Positions 11,316 through 23,569 of a stretch of DNA of 56,945 nucleotides are shown here, one piece after another. Each line of letters starts with the position of its first letter. Positions within the stretch are counted from its first letter, which is position 1. The stretch comes from Chiloscyllium plagiosum (Eukaryota). The stretch covers positions 93,682,230-93,739,174 of the forward strand of contig NC_057718.1 of the NCBI RefSeq assembly GCF_004010195.1, given 5' to 3'. The notes under the pieces are model-generated. The model was not told the origin of the DNA and did not search any database. It saw nothing but the letters and a program-made list of their open reading frames with translations. A program made the translations under genes and the position numbers.

Positions 11316-11559
11316 AGCAAATGTGCTGAATGACCAATTTAGGATATGCTACCTTTCCTGCAAGTGATGGAAGATTGTTTTTCCACAGTTTTCCTCTCAT
11401 TTTCCGCACCAATTTAATTTTGTCTCCTCTAACTGTTGACTCTTGTATATGTGGCATGTATGCTACTCTTTATATGTTTCTCATGATAATCAATATTCCC
11501 TGAATAGGTATCCCCGATGGCTCCATTAGGAGCACTATGCCTTGTGTTGGAAAATGACA

Positions 11560-11918
11560 GGTTCACACTCCCACTCCAGTATGAGAGAGGGCTGTACTGT
11601 CAGGGGCATCATCTTTCGAATGAGGCATTCAGTTGGTGCCTTATTTGCTCTCTCTGAGATAGATGTAAATGGCATGACATTGGCTTTGAAGAAGAGCAAT
11701 GGAGTTATCCACGGTCAATATTCATCCCTCAACCACCATCACATAATACTGATTGTCTGATCTTGACCTCATTTCTGTTAGTAGAGGCTCGCTGTGTGAA
11801 AAATGGTTGCCATGATTCATACATTACAACCCTTCAAAAAGCTGGCTTGCTGGCTGTCAAGTGCTTTGAGATATCCAGTCGTCATGAAATGGTGCTACAT
11901 AAATCTAAGTCTTCCTTG
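11560..11918 (+). mobile_element. DeuSINE (SacSINE1-like)
   Basis: cccactccag...ctgtactgtcagggg..catctttcgaatgag...tttgaagaagagca..ggagttatcc...ggtgctacataaat. Confidence 0.75.
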
Positions 11919-13261
11919 CTACAGAGCAATAAAGATGGGAAAACCGAACAGTTCTTTTCTCCAATTTGCCAATACACATCAAGGTATAGGTATCCTTTAT
12001 CAAAGTGTAACTTAGAGGCACTGAAGATCATTTGTGGGATTGATCAAACTGGCCTGTAATCATGAACTATCTCAACACAAAGATGGGATCAAACTAAGGA
12101 CCTTGACATCCCACAAATCTCGACATAGGGTGGCAATGATGGATGTGAGCTCTGAACCGGCCATTAATTTTATTAGTGAGCCATTTAGTTCATTCAGCCC
12201 TGCCCTCAGCTCTAAAATAGGTCCAACTGGTATAAGCAAAACTATAAACACGCCAGACCCTGCAGAGGTGACGGCACAGTGGTGTATAATCAGGAAAGGA
12301 TTGTCCTGGATTTCTTAACATTGACTCCAAGCACCATGAAGTCTCATGGCATTCAGTCAAACATGGACAAGGAGACCTTCTACTGAATACCACATACCAC
12401 ACCTTCCCTCAGCTGAGGAATCCATGTTCCTCCATTTTGAACACCACTTGGGGGAAATGTGGAACTGAGCAATGGTGCAGAATGTGCCAGTCTTCAGTAT
12501 CCGTCTCCAAGAGTGGATCGGCAGCACCACTATTTGCCAGAGCTTTTCAAGTCCTAAAGGATAGCGCTGCTGGACCGGACCTGCTGAGCTTTTCCAGCAA
12601 TTTCTGCTTTTGTAGATGTTGGACTGGGTTTGCTGCAGGTAGTGAAGGGACCAGCAAAAGAGAAAAAAAAACTTGACACCATCCTCACCAATATGCTTGC
12701 CACAGATGCATCCGTCCATTATAGAATCGGTAAGAGTGACCACTACACTGCCATTGTGGAGACAAAGCCCTGCCTTCACGTTGTTAATACTTCATGTTAT
12801 GTTTGTGGTTCTAAATGGGAGAGATCCAGCAACTCAGGACTGGACATCGATACGATACTGTGGGCCATCGATAGCAACAGTATTGTCCTCCAGCACAATC
12901 TGTAACTTCATGGCCTGGCATATCCCCCAGTCAACCATTACCATCAAGTCAGGGGATTGACCCTGGTTCAATGGAGAGTGCAGGAGGGCATGCCAGGATC
13001 AGCACCAGGAGATGCCAGCCTGGTGAAGCCCCAAAACAGGACTACTTGCAGGCTAAGCAGTAAGTAAAAGCAATTTCGTATTCAACAGATCAGATCGAAG
13101 CTCTGCAGTCCTCCCATATCCAGTCATGAACGGTGGTGGTCAATGAAAAAAATCATTGGAGGAGAAGGCTCCAGAAATATCCCCAACGTCAATGACTGGG
13201 GAGCTGGCCCATCAGTGCAAAAGACAAGATTGAATGTTGCAACAACAGTCAGAAGTGCTGA

Positions 13262-14654
13262 GTACAGAATCCTATGTGGATTCGTGCAGTTTTTAAGCAA
13301 AATAAATGTAATTCTGCAAGTACAAATTCACCCCACAAACTTACAGGCGAGACACAAGCTGCAATCGACAGGGTACCTTCATTGTCCAGTACTTCCCAGG
13401 AGCTGAAAAACTACACCATGTTCTTCGCAGCCTGCAACACATTATCGATGAAGATGAGCACCTCACCAAGATCTTCCCCACACCTCCATTTCTTGTCTTT
13501 AAACAACCATCAAACCTCAAACAGATCATTGTTCGCAGCAAGCTGCCCGGCTCTCAGGACAACTCCATACAACCCTGTCACGGCAGGTGCTGCAGGACAT
13601 GTCAGAGTGTCAACATGGGTACCACATTACACGTGGGGACACCTCCCACCATGTACGTGGCAGGTACTCATGTGACTCAGCCAACGTTGTCTATCTCATC
13701 CGCTGCAGGCAAGGATGCCCTGAGGAATGGTACATTGGTGAGATGGAGCAGACACTACGGCAATGGATGAATGGACACCGAAAAACAATCAACGGACAGG
13801 AGTGTTCCTTCCCAGCCGGACAACACTTCAGTGGTCCGGGAAATTCGACCTCGGACCTTCAGGTGACCACCCTCAAGGTGGACTTCGGTTCAGGCAACAA
13901 CACAAAGTGACAGAGCAGAGGCTGATAGCCAAGTTCGGTACCCATAGGGAGAGCGCACACACACACACACACTTCTATAGAGCCATAGACTCACGTAGAA
14001 CCTCTTTCATACATAAGCTGTCTTTCATACGTTCACACATACACTCCCACACTCACCCTCTCACAGACTTATACCCATTTACATTCACAGTCACACATAT
14101 ACACATACACACACTCTCTCACAGACATTCAAACCATTCTCACCCTGCACACGCACACCCACACCCACACGCACACACACACATATAAGTTTGTGGGATG
14201 AATTTGTACTTGCATAATTACATTTTATTTTGCTCAAAAACTGCATGAATCCACGTGCGATTTTGTAAATCCCTTTTTTAGATTAGAATCAGTCTGAACA
14301 TTGGGGCACAGACAGCCTCACACAGGGCACCTCACACCTTCAGTGCATTATCTGGGCTGACGTGACACCTATTGTTAAAGTTCACTTGAGAATGTAACTT
14401 TAAAAAAAGTTCTGAGATTTAAATATGAAAGAACTGAAACCAACATGGTCATTCTAAAAGATGAGAGACAAACAATCCAGGTCTTTTTCAATATATAATT
14501 TCAGTTACATCACACTGTAAACTTCTGCTCTACATTCTGTGTCCTATGATCTTATACTCCGCAACCACCTGATGAAGGAGCAGTGCTCCGAAAGCTAGTG
14601 CTTCCAAATAAACCTGTTGGACTATAACCTGGTATTGTGTAATTTTTAACTTTG
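13262..14654 (+). mobile_element. Penelope-like element (family B): GIY-YIG endonuclease region and 3' pLTR, with an inverted 5' piece
   Basis: ORF 13587-13910 SCDSANVVYLIRCRQGCPEEWYIGE...NGH (GIY-YIG); about 13264-13343 is the reverse complement of about 14186-14267; CA-rich 3' UTR. Confidence 0.9.
14566..14600 (+). ncRNA. Minimal type I hammerhead ribozyme motif (PLE family B), intact core
   Basis: CAC-CTGATGA-A-GGAGC(AGT)GCTCC-GAA-AGCT-A-GTG: stem I CAC/GTG, stem II 5 bp, palindromic stem III AGCT. Confidence 0.8.
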
Positions 14655-14686
14655 ATTTAACAAAGTGTGGCATCAATGAGCCCTAG

Positions 14687-15312
14687 GAGAGAAAGTGAGG
14701 TGCTGGATTTTAGAGTTGAAAAGTGTGATGCTGGAAAAGCACAATTTGTCAGACAGCACCTGAGGAACAGGAGAGTCAACGTTTTGGGGCATAAGCCCTT
14801 CATCAGGAATGGGGAGAGGCTGCAAGGAAAGGGGGCTGAGAGATAAATGGGAGGGTAGGGGTGGGGGTAGGGATGGGGGAAAGGTAGTTGGGAGTGCAAT
14901 AGTTAGATGCAGGTGGGAGGTGATGGCAATAGGTTGGAGTGGAGAGTGGAGCAGATAGGTGGGAAGGAAGATGGACAAGTAGGACAGCAGAACAGGGTGG
15001 TTCCAAGTTGGATGGTTGGACATGAAATGAGGTGGACGGAGGGGAGATGGGGAAAGTAGTAAAATCAACATTGATCATGTGGTTGGAGGGTCTCACGGCG
15101 GAAGATGAGGCATTCCTCCTCCAGGCGTCGGGTGGTATGATTTGGTGTTGCAAGAGGCCCTGGACTTGCATATCCTTGGCGAGTGGGAGGGGAAGTTCAA
15201 GTGATTGGCCATAGAGCAATGGGGTTGTTTGGTGCCCGTGTCTCAAAGATGTTCCCTGACGCATTCTGCATGTTGACGTCCTATCTCTACATCAGGAGCA
15301 ATGGACTCAGGA
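14687..15312 (-). mobile_element. Penelope-like element (family A) 3' fragment
   Basis: Minus strand encodes RRLEEECLIFR..TLQP.....VDF (PLE endonuclease C-terminus); degenerate hammerhead at about 14778-14810; TSD AGCCCTAG at 14679-14686 / 15313-15320. Confidence 0.85.
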
Positions 15313-16090
15313 AGCCCTAGCAAATCTGGAATCAATGGGAGTTAAGGGAAAAAAACTCTCCACTGGTCAGAGCCATACCTGGCACATCAGGAGATCAATG
15401 TGATTGTTGGTGGTCAGTCATCTCAGCTCCAGGACATCCCTGCAGAAGTTTCTTAGAGTAGTGACGTGGGCCCAATCATCTTCATATGCTTCATCAATGC
15501 CATTCTTTCCATTACAAACGAGGTGTTTGCTGATGATTCAGCATCATTCTTGACTCCTCATACTGAAGCAGTCCATGTCCAAACATGGCAAGGCTTGGAC
15601 AAACCCAGGTTTGGACTGACACTTACCAAATAACATGCATCCCACACAACTGCAAAGCAATGGTCAACTTCACTAAGACAGAATTCAACCAGCACCTTGA
15701 CATTTAATGGCATTACCACTGCTGAAACTCACTATTAATATCCATTGACCATAAATTATGACAGAACCAGCCTTATAAATATTTTTGCTACAAGAGCAGG
15801 TCAGAAACAGTGAGTAACTCACCTCTTGACTCCACAAAGCCTGTCCACCATCTACAAGAGACAAGTCAGGAATGCAAGGGAATACTCCCTGCTTCCCTAG
15901 AAACTTGACACCATCCAGGACAAAGCAGCCCGCTTGATTTGCATCACATCCATAAACATTCACCTCCCTCTCACTCAGTAGCAGCAATGTATACTATCTA
16001 CAAGATGCTCAGCAGAAATTCACTAAGGGTACTTAGTATCTTCCAAACCCATGACCTTTACCATCTAGAAGGACAAAAACAACAAACACA

Positions 16091-17322
16091 TTTTGTCACT
16101 TACATAAATGATTTGGATGTGAGCATAAGAGGTACAGTTCGTAAGTTTGCAGATGACACCAAAATTGGAGGTGTAGTGGACAGCGAAGAGGGTTACCTCA
16201 GATTGCAACACGATCTGGACCAGATGGGCCAATGGGCTGAGAAGTGGCAGATGGAGTTTAATTCAGATAAATGCGAGGTGCTGCATTTTGGGAAAGCAAA
16301 TCTTAGCAGGACTTATACACTTAATGGTAAGGTCCGAGAGAGTGTTGCTGAACAAAGAGACCGTGGAGTGCAGGTTCATAGCTCCTTGAAAGTGGAGTCG
16401 TAGGAAGATAGGATAGTGAAGAAGGCGTTTGGTATGTTTTCCTTTATTGGTCAGAGTATTGAGTACAGGAGTCATCATCACCTCCCACCTGCATCTAACT
16501 ATTGCACTCCCAACTACCTTTCCCCCACCCCCACCCCCACCCTCCCATTTATCTCTCAGCCCCCTTTCCTTGCAGCCTCTCCCCATTCCTGAAGAAGGGC
16601 TCATGCCCGAAACATCAATTCTCCTGCTCCTTGGATGCTGCCTGACCTTCTGTGCTTTTCCAGCAACACATTTTCAGCTCTGATCTCCAGCATCTGCAGT
16701 CCTCACTTTCTCCTACAGGAGTTGGGAGGTCATGTTGCGGCTGTACAGGACATTGGTTAGGCCACTGTTGGAATATTGCGTGCAATTCTGGTCTCCTTCC
16801 TATCGGAAAGATGTTGTGAAACTTGAAAGGGTTCAGAAAAGATTTACAAGGATGTTGCCAGGATTGGAGGATTTGAGCTATAGGGAAAGGCTGAACAGAC
16901 GGGGGCTGTTTTCATTAGAGCAGTCAGAGGCTGAGGGGTGACTTTATAGAGGTTTGCAAAATTATGAGTAGCATGGATAGGATAAATAGATAAAGCCTTT
17001 TCCCTGGGGTCAGGGAGTCCAGAACCAGAGGGCATAGGTTTAGGGTAAGAGGGGAAAGATATAAAAGAGACCTAAGGGGCAACTTTTTCACGCAGAGGAT
17101 GTACATGTATGGATTGAGCTGCCCGAAGATGTGGTGGAGGCTGGTACAATTGCAACATTTAAGAGGCATTTGGATGGGTATATGAATAGGAAGGGTTTGG
17201 AGGGATATGGCCCGGGTGCTAGCAGGTAGGACTAGATTGGGTTGGGATATCTGGTCGGCATGGACAGGTTGGACCTAAGGGTCTGTTTCCATGCTGTACA
17301 TCTCTATGACTCTATGACTCTA
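16091..17322 (+). mobile_element. CR1 (HER1-like) LINE, 5'-truncated, relatively young
   Basis: YINDLD...KFADDTKIGG...WAEKWQMEFN.DKCEVLHFG; LYRTLVRPLLEYCVQFWSP; (CTATGACT)n tail. Confidence 0.95.
16473..16713 (+). mobile_element. Penelope-derived insert (family A) inside CR1
   Basis: 9-bp TSD TACAGGAGT at 16464-16472 / 16714-16722; hammerhead motif CTGAAGAAGGGCTCATGCCCGAAACATC from 16589. Confidence 0.9.
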
Positions 17323-18942
17323 CCTACAAGTTCCCCTTTAAGCGAATCACCACCCTTGGAAATATATTACCGTTCCTTCAGTGTTACTGGATCAAAGTCC
17401 TGGAACTTTCTCCCTAATTACACTACAAGGGCTTACAACACCAAATGGACTGCACTGATTTTGAAAAGGCAGCTGCCAACCATCTTCTGAAGGGCACCCC
17501 CAAAGGGCATCCAGTGCTGCCCACATACTGTAAGCTAATAAAAAAAAAACAACAGCCTTGCCAGTGATACCAACACCATGAAAGGGAAGTAAAGAAATGA
17601 AAAGGTGACTTCAAACAGGACAGCATGTCTTTCTTTGTTGCAGGAGGGCCATTTTGAGACCCTTTGTCTGTATATCTTTCCCCCTGTGTTTTTCTTTTGC
17701 ACAGCATCCAGAGGGTCCCGATAAGTTGGAAGAGCTATTACAATTCAACTGCAGTTTTATAACGACAAATAATGTAATCATACTGCACGTACCTCATTGT
17801 AATGATTTGAGTAGCTGGTTAAATATTCATATTGGAATATTACTCTTATGTTTGTTATGCCAAGACGCTGAAGCGATATTAGCTGACTTCCTGTAATATA
17901 AATAGGCATTGTCATAGGAGCATCTGCTTTCTTCTGTTTGATAACGCTGAACTCCTTTTTTGTATGCTCTCCTATTTACACTTCCTCAAATTATTTTTGT
18001 CTTCAGTTGACAGAGATGAATGAAGGGATTAATATATATTGGAAAAGTCCTATGAACAGTTTGCCAGCAAAGTGAAAGGATTGATATTATTTCCCACAGG
18101 TAACCAGACACAGACAAAGTGGATTAGAAGTAATTTGCTATGGGGCTCAAATGTGATCACGAACCATTAGCGCGACAGCATTTACAGGAGCCTTTAATTG
18201 CTTTTCTCAAATTAAAAACTCCCAGATCCTGCATAAAAATGTAGTGTAACTCTGGATATATGACATCCTGATCTGGATATATTCCGAGATCTCAAAATAC
18301 CAAGTTAAACAGCGTGTTTTCTAGATGCTTCCCCTGCCTTTCGTATGACAGTTTGCACTTTGCAAACAGTGCTTAAATTTTTATTTAAACACCTTTTTTT
18401 TTGCTTTTCTGTTTGTGTCACTATGCTAATATAATTGTATCTTTGCTTTTCACGCTGGCAAAATAACATTAAGCAGCTTACACATGAACAGGCAAACAAC
18501 AAGAATGAATGTGGACATGTGACCTTTAATTGCATTTTTCTTTCCTGTGTAAATAATTTATTGCAAGTTAGGTGAGATTTATATTGCAGCCCCAAACAGC
18601 TAGTTTCTCCATCATTCCCTGACACGTGTGAATGACAAACAACTGATCTGAAGAAATGGTTACATTTTGGCAGATACCAGGGAGATTTCTTGGATGGAAA
18701 GCCTCCCTTTAATTTAGTATGTTTGTTCTATTCATTTCCTCACAGTTCTGTTTCCTGGAACTAGCATTTGGGTGAACATACACCTTACTTTGAGACTGAC
18801 CTTGCTATCCCATCATGAACCTGTCAGTAAGGACTGGGCCCACTATTTTCACCCTCTGCTCTGCTATTTTAAGCTTTCATGGTGCATAAGGCTCATGGGA
18901 GGTAGATGGAAAGGGCCACCATCTACTGTGAACCAGAAATAA

Positions 18943-19331
18943 CCTCCACCCGCCTACAGCACAACTTTACCCCCACCTCCATCCGCCTATTGCACGTGGA
19001 CTTCACCAGTTTCGTCATTTCCCCTCCCCCCACCTCACTCCAGTTCCAACCTTCCAGCTCAGCACCACCCTCATGACCTGTCCATCTTCCTTCCCACCTA
19101 TCCGCTGCACCCTCCTCTCCGACCTATCACCTTTACCCCCACCTCCATCCACCTACTGTACTCTCAGCTACCTTCTCCCCAGCCCCAGCCCTCCTCCTAT
19201 TCATCTCTCCCCCCCCCACCCCGGAGGCTCCCAACCTCATTCCTGATGAAGGGCTCTGACCCGAAACGTTGATTCTCCTGCTCCTCGGATGCTGCCTGAC
19301 CTGCTGTGCTTTTCCAGCAACACACTCTCAA
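18943..19331 (+). mobile_element. Penelope-derived insert (family A)
   Basis: 9-bp TSD CAGAAATAA at 18934-18942 / 19332-19340; hammerhead CTGATGAAGGGCTCTGACCCGAAACGTT from 19243. Confidence 0.9.
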
Positions 19332-19434
19332 CAGAAATAAATGTGATCAGGTTAGGATGATAGATTGTGGGGCTGGTCAACAGTGAGTTGGTGTAGATGA
19401 GATGGGTCAAACGTGCCGGGATGACCTCATAAAC

Positions 19435-19800
19435 ATCATTCCTGGGATGTGAGTGTCACTGACAAGGTCAGCATTTGTTGCCCATCGCTAATTGTCCACA
19501 AGACGGTGGTGGTGAGCTGCCTTCTTGAATCATATTTCTCTCTGTGGTTTAACTAACACCCACAGTGCAGTGACAAAGGGTATTTCTACTTTTTAACCAC
19601 ATGGCAGGGAAGGAACAGTGACATAGCTTCAAGTCAGGTTGGTGTATGGCTTGGAGGGGAATCAGCAGTTGGTGGTGTTCCAATTTACCTGTAACCCTTG
19701 CCCCTCTGGGTGGTTGAGGTCACCATATAAGAAAGCTCGAAGCGGCAAACTGAATCCTTTTTTGTCGATGTGGCACACTGCAGCCGCATTGCGGTGGAGG
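19435..19800 (-). mobile_element. Old LINE-B 3' end
   Basis: tgggatgtgagtgtcactgacaaggtcagcatttgttgcccatc... is the reverse complement of the LINE-B tail. Confidence 0.7.
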
Positions 19801-20187
19801 GAGTTTACCTACTGTACTACAGCGATGTGCCAGTGCAATTGCACTATGTTCTGAGATAATTTAGAAATGGTAACTTTCAGAAATAAAGTCCACCATGGAA
19901 GTTGGTAGCTAGTTTGTCTAAAAGAGGAAAAGCAGTGCGTCTGCATTTGGTTTGCAGAAGACTGGACATTTTTGAATAAGGACAAATGATGCTATTTCAT
20001 GAGGAAGCAAACATGTGTGTATGCTGCTCACATCCAACAGGGGCAAAGCTTGAAAGGGAGAAATGTATTACTGAAAGGTCTTGCAATAAATTTGGTGAGA
20101 GGAAAGTGAATGATCGTAGTGTTACACTTTCATTACGGCAGAAATCCCTGACCTCGAAGAATGCCATCCGCTTTCTCTGCTTGGAGC

Positions 20188-20392
20188 TAATGAGGATTGC
20201 AGATGGTGGAAGTCAGAGTCGATAAAATGTGGGGCTGGAAAAACACAGCAGGTCAGACAGCATTGGAGGAGCAGGCAAGTCAACGTTTTGGCTTGGGACC
20301 CTTCCTCAGGACTGATGTGGGGTCCTGAGCTGAAACTCAACATTCCTGTTCCTCCGATGTTGTGTTTTTCCAGCTCCATATTTTATCCACTC
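20188..20392. mobile_element. Fold-back Penelope-derived element (A/C-like variant)
   Basis: gagtcgataaaatgtggggctggaaaaacaca...cttcctcagga then an inverted arm ending tgtgtttttccagctccatattttatccactc. Confidence 0.75.
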
Positions 20393-20756
20393 CTTCTTTG
20401 CTCAACAAGTTAAAATAGAGGCTCTTTGAACAATTTGATACTCTAACTGCTGCTTTCTCAGGATTTTAAAAATGAATTTTTCAGATTCACTCACTCATTC
20501 TTTCCTCCGTCACTAGGATTTCAAATTGAGAGAATGAAATGACTTTACCGTTGAAGGAAGCTGCTTCTGCCAGGAATTCTTCATATTTCTATAGAATCCT
20601 CTTTGTTAATAATCACACACAATTCTGGAAGCAGTGAGAGACTGGAGAAGATTGAGAAGTTCATTCAGCTAGGTCCCATTATGGCTCAATTTTCACACTC
20701 TCCACTCCACCCATATCCTGGAAGAAATGAGAAACAAAAATAAAAAGGGCGGAATG

Positions 20757-20942
20757 TCCAAAGGTGTGCAGGTTGAATAAATTGGCCGTGCCTCATTGCC
20801 CACAGTGTTCAGGCAAGGTTAATTAGCTGTGGGAAATGCAGGGTTATGGGAATAGGTTAGGTGTAGGTGGCTGTGGGTGGGATGCTATTTGGAGGGATGG
20901 TGTGGACTTGAATGGCCTGCTTCCACACTGTAGGGATTCTAT
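20757..20942 (+). mobile_element. HE1-type V-SINE, 3' part
   Basis: tccaaaggtgtgcagg...ttccacactgtagggattctat. Confidence 0.8.
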
Positions 20943-20944
20943 AT

Positions 20945-21340
20945 GAGGGTGTCATGCTAAAGCTATTGAACTAGTGCTCTTCATACGCAGGCTTACACTG
21001 TGGGGACCCAAGTTCAAATTCCACCATGAGAGTTAGTGGAATTTAAATTCCATTAATCCACAAGTTTCATTAATGAATACAAATCTGGATTGGAAAGACT
21101 GTCACAGGAATGGTGACCACTGGTAATCATCAAAACCCATTCCGTTCATGAATGTCCCAATGAAGGAACAAAATCTTCTATCCCTGCCTGGTCTGGATGG
21201 CAGGTGATTCCAGATTCACAATGATGCAGTTAACTCTCTAACCACTATCTGAAATGATCTTGCAAACTACTCAGGGTCAGTTAGGGCAGACAAAAAACAC
21301 AAGCCTTGCCAGCAACATCCATTTTATCAACTTTTTTTTA
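20945..21340 (+). mobile_element. Old SINE-B
   Basis: ggggacccaagttcaaattccaccatg...aaaacccatt.cgttca...ggtctgg...tccaga, collinear with 300-662. Confidence 0.65.
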
Positions 21341-21454
21341 AAAATTGCAAGGAAAATATTCTGGGGAATCTTTTTCTGACTGACCCCATTTTCTTTGCAA
21401 ATCCTGTAATGGCCTCACCCAGCTTAGCTCAAGATCCACCTTCAACTATTATGA

Positions 21455-21724
21455 GGGTGGCATGGTGGCTTAGTGGTTAGCGCTGCTGCCTCACAGCGCC
21501 ATGGACCTGGCTTCAATTCCAGCCTCAGGCGACTGTGTCTGTGTGAAGTTTGCATGTTCTCCCCATGTCGGCATGGGTTTCCTTCTACAGGCCAAAGATG
21601 TGCAGGGTAGATGCATCAGCCATGGGAAATATAGGGTTACAGGCATGGGATGGGTCTGGGTGAGATGGTTGGTTTGAATTTGATGGGCCAAATAGCCTGC
21701 TTCCACACATAGCAATTCTCTGAT
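21455..21724 (+). mobile_element. HE1-type V-SINE
   Basis: tRNA head ggcatggtggcttagtggttagcgctgctgcctcacagc; V-domain tgtgtgaagtttgcatgttctcccc. Confidence 0.85.
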
Positions 21725-22364
21725 CTGTTGTCGCTAACCAGCTCCTTATTTATTATGGGACCAATCAAACATCCCACTCAGCAACCTCCAAAATTTTGTA
21801 AATTGTATAAATTGAGATGAAGGAAATACTGATGGGGAGCATTGAATGACAATTTGAACACAGATAAAGAGGTTGTTACTGACACAAATGGTAGATATTA
21901 GAGTTGGGAGTCATACACTGTTAATGTTTCACTTTATGAATAAATCTAACATTGATTGACTTCTTGTTTCTTACTTCAGAAAACAGACTTTGCGCCCTCA
22001 GAAAAATACGAAAAGATTTTTGTAACGAGAATTTATCTTTGTTTCCTCATCACTGCATCTCTGCCAGCTGTCTTACCGATTTAAAAATAATAATAAAAGT
22101 AATAATGATCAAGATGACTGAGAAACATATGTATATCTGCCCAAAACATGATTTAATTCAGAGGAATTGACTTTGCAGGAATGGTTGAAGATGCTGAGAG
22201 TGAAGGAGACTTTATTCTGTGATTGTCCAAACCATGGCTAGACTAAGACTGTTTTCTCAGTTTCCCACAATGTAAAATTGTGTGATATCATAGCACGTTC
22301 CATCACTTAAAGATTACAGTCCATTTTCTGACAAAAGGTAAATCTAACAAGCAATTTAAAACCT

Positions 22365-22490
22365 GAAAGAGCTGCAGATGCTGGGAATCAGAAACAAAAA
22401 CAGAAGGTGCTGGAAAAGCTCAGCAGGTCTGGCAACATCTGTGTAGAGAAAGCAGTTAACATTTCAGGTCCAGTGACCCTTCCTCAGAAC
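22365..22490 (-). mobile_element. Short Penelope-derived element (family C) with hammerhead motif
   Basis: Minus strand GTT-CTGAGGA-A-GGGTC(ACTG)GACCT-GAA-ATGT-T-AAC at about 22455-22490. Confidence 0.85.
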
Positions 22491-23124
22491 AAATTGTTTG
22501 TTTGATTAACAGGATAATGCAGTCCGATATGATATCATCCAGGTACTGCTGTTGTTAGTTTGCATTAAACACTGTGATCACAGGATCAACAAGAAATGCA
22601 GCATTCCCTGATCAGAGTCAAGCTCAGTTTAATGTCCCATGGGTAAACACTGCCTATAAAACACTGCCAATTATCGTTTGGATATTATTGTGTATTGGTT
22701 GTTCCCAGGTCCATAGCTCAAAAGGGCTTCAGAAGAAACCCAAATTGTGGTGAGAATCTCATTACTACAGGAAGCAGATGAAGTGAAGACTGTAAATATA
22801 AATTTAGATTTAGGAAAAATGGAAAAGAGGAAAGATGGGAGAAGTTTCCAGTGAAATATAAAAATTAGGATGGACTGTGTTTTAAATGAACAACACATCG
22901 AGGTTGGTTAGGGGGGTGTTTGTTGACATAAGATGCCTAAAATTGTATGCGTCTCTTGGCAGTGGTCGCATAGCTATCGCAGACTTGGGAGGTACAATTG
23001 TACTTGATTACATTTCAATCCAAGCATAATCTTCTTTACACAAACCAGAGGAAAAAAACTGCATGCATTATGATGTCCATTTTGAGTTTCCCAAGTTGCC
23101 AAATGAACTCATTAACTCACATAA

Positions 23125-23260
23125 CCACTCACTCACTCATGGGATGTGGGATCACTGGCTAGGCCAATATTTAAAGTCCATCCCTAGTTGCCTTGAGAAG
23201 ATGATGGTAAGATGTTTTCAGTTCATGTGAATTCCAAGATTTTGACTCAGCAATCGTGAC
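23125..23260 (-). mobile_element. LINE-B tail fragment
   Basis: catgggatgtggg.tcactggctaggcca...catccctagttgccttgagaag. Confidence 0.65.
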
Positions 23261-23569
23261 GATATCTTTATTATTCTCATCAGTCCACAGATATGCATTT
23301 CGTACGCAGTCCTTAAATCATGCCAATCTCGAATGGGTACATATGCATATTGTTGCCATTGACTGTTTATCTGCAGGACCTTATTTCCCCAGGGGGTGTT
23401 GTTCCTATGCCATTTGTTGTTGCTGTTGGTGTCAGTATTGTTTCATTTCTGTTGTCAGATTGCTGTAGGAGCTCTGGGGTCTGTCAGTTGAAGTGTGTTC
23501 TGTGTAGGTACTGCATTCAGCTCTTTTTCATCAGAGATCTGCCCTTGAGGAACAGTTTCTCCATATTAA

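Larger units (their letters stand above)
12245..17590 (+). mobile_element. LINE-B (CR1/L2-group, possibly Zenon-like) decayed ORF2, interrupted by several nested insertions
   Basis: APE endonuclease motif LDTILTN...IGKSDHY (ORF 12630-12905); RT vFADD at about 15525; 'TIYK.QVR' and 'KLDTIQDKAARLI' at about 15845-15940; 3' end resumes at 17323. Confidence 0.8.

Noticed and set aside
13587..13910. GIY-YIG ORF as a functional or domesticated nuclease gene
   Set aside because: It is a frameshifted, 5'-truncated Penelope fragment lacking the RT core.
15939..16403. 154-aa ORF as a novel fusion protein
   Set aside because: Chance in-frame junction of decayed LINE-B and the inserted CR1, ending in a premature stop.
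18007..18099. AG...GT-bounded segment as a coding exon
   Set aside because: Stops in all three frames and no other support.
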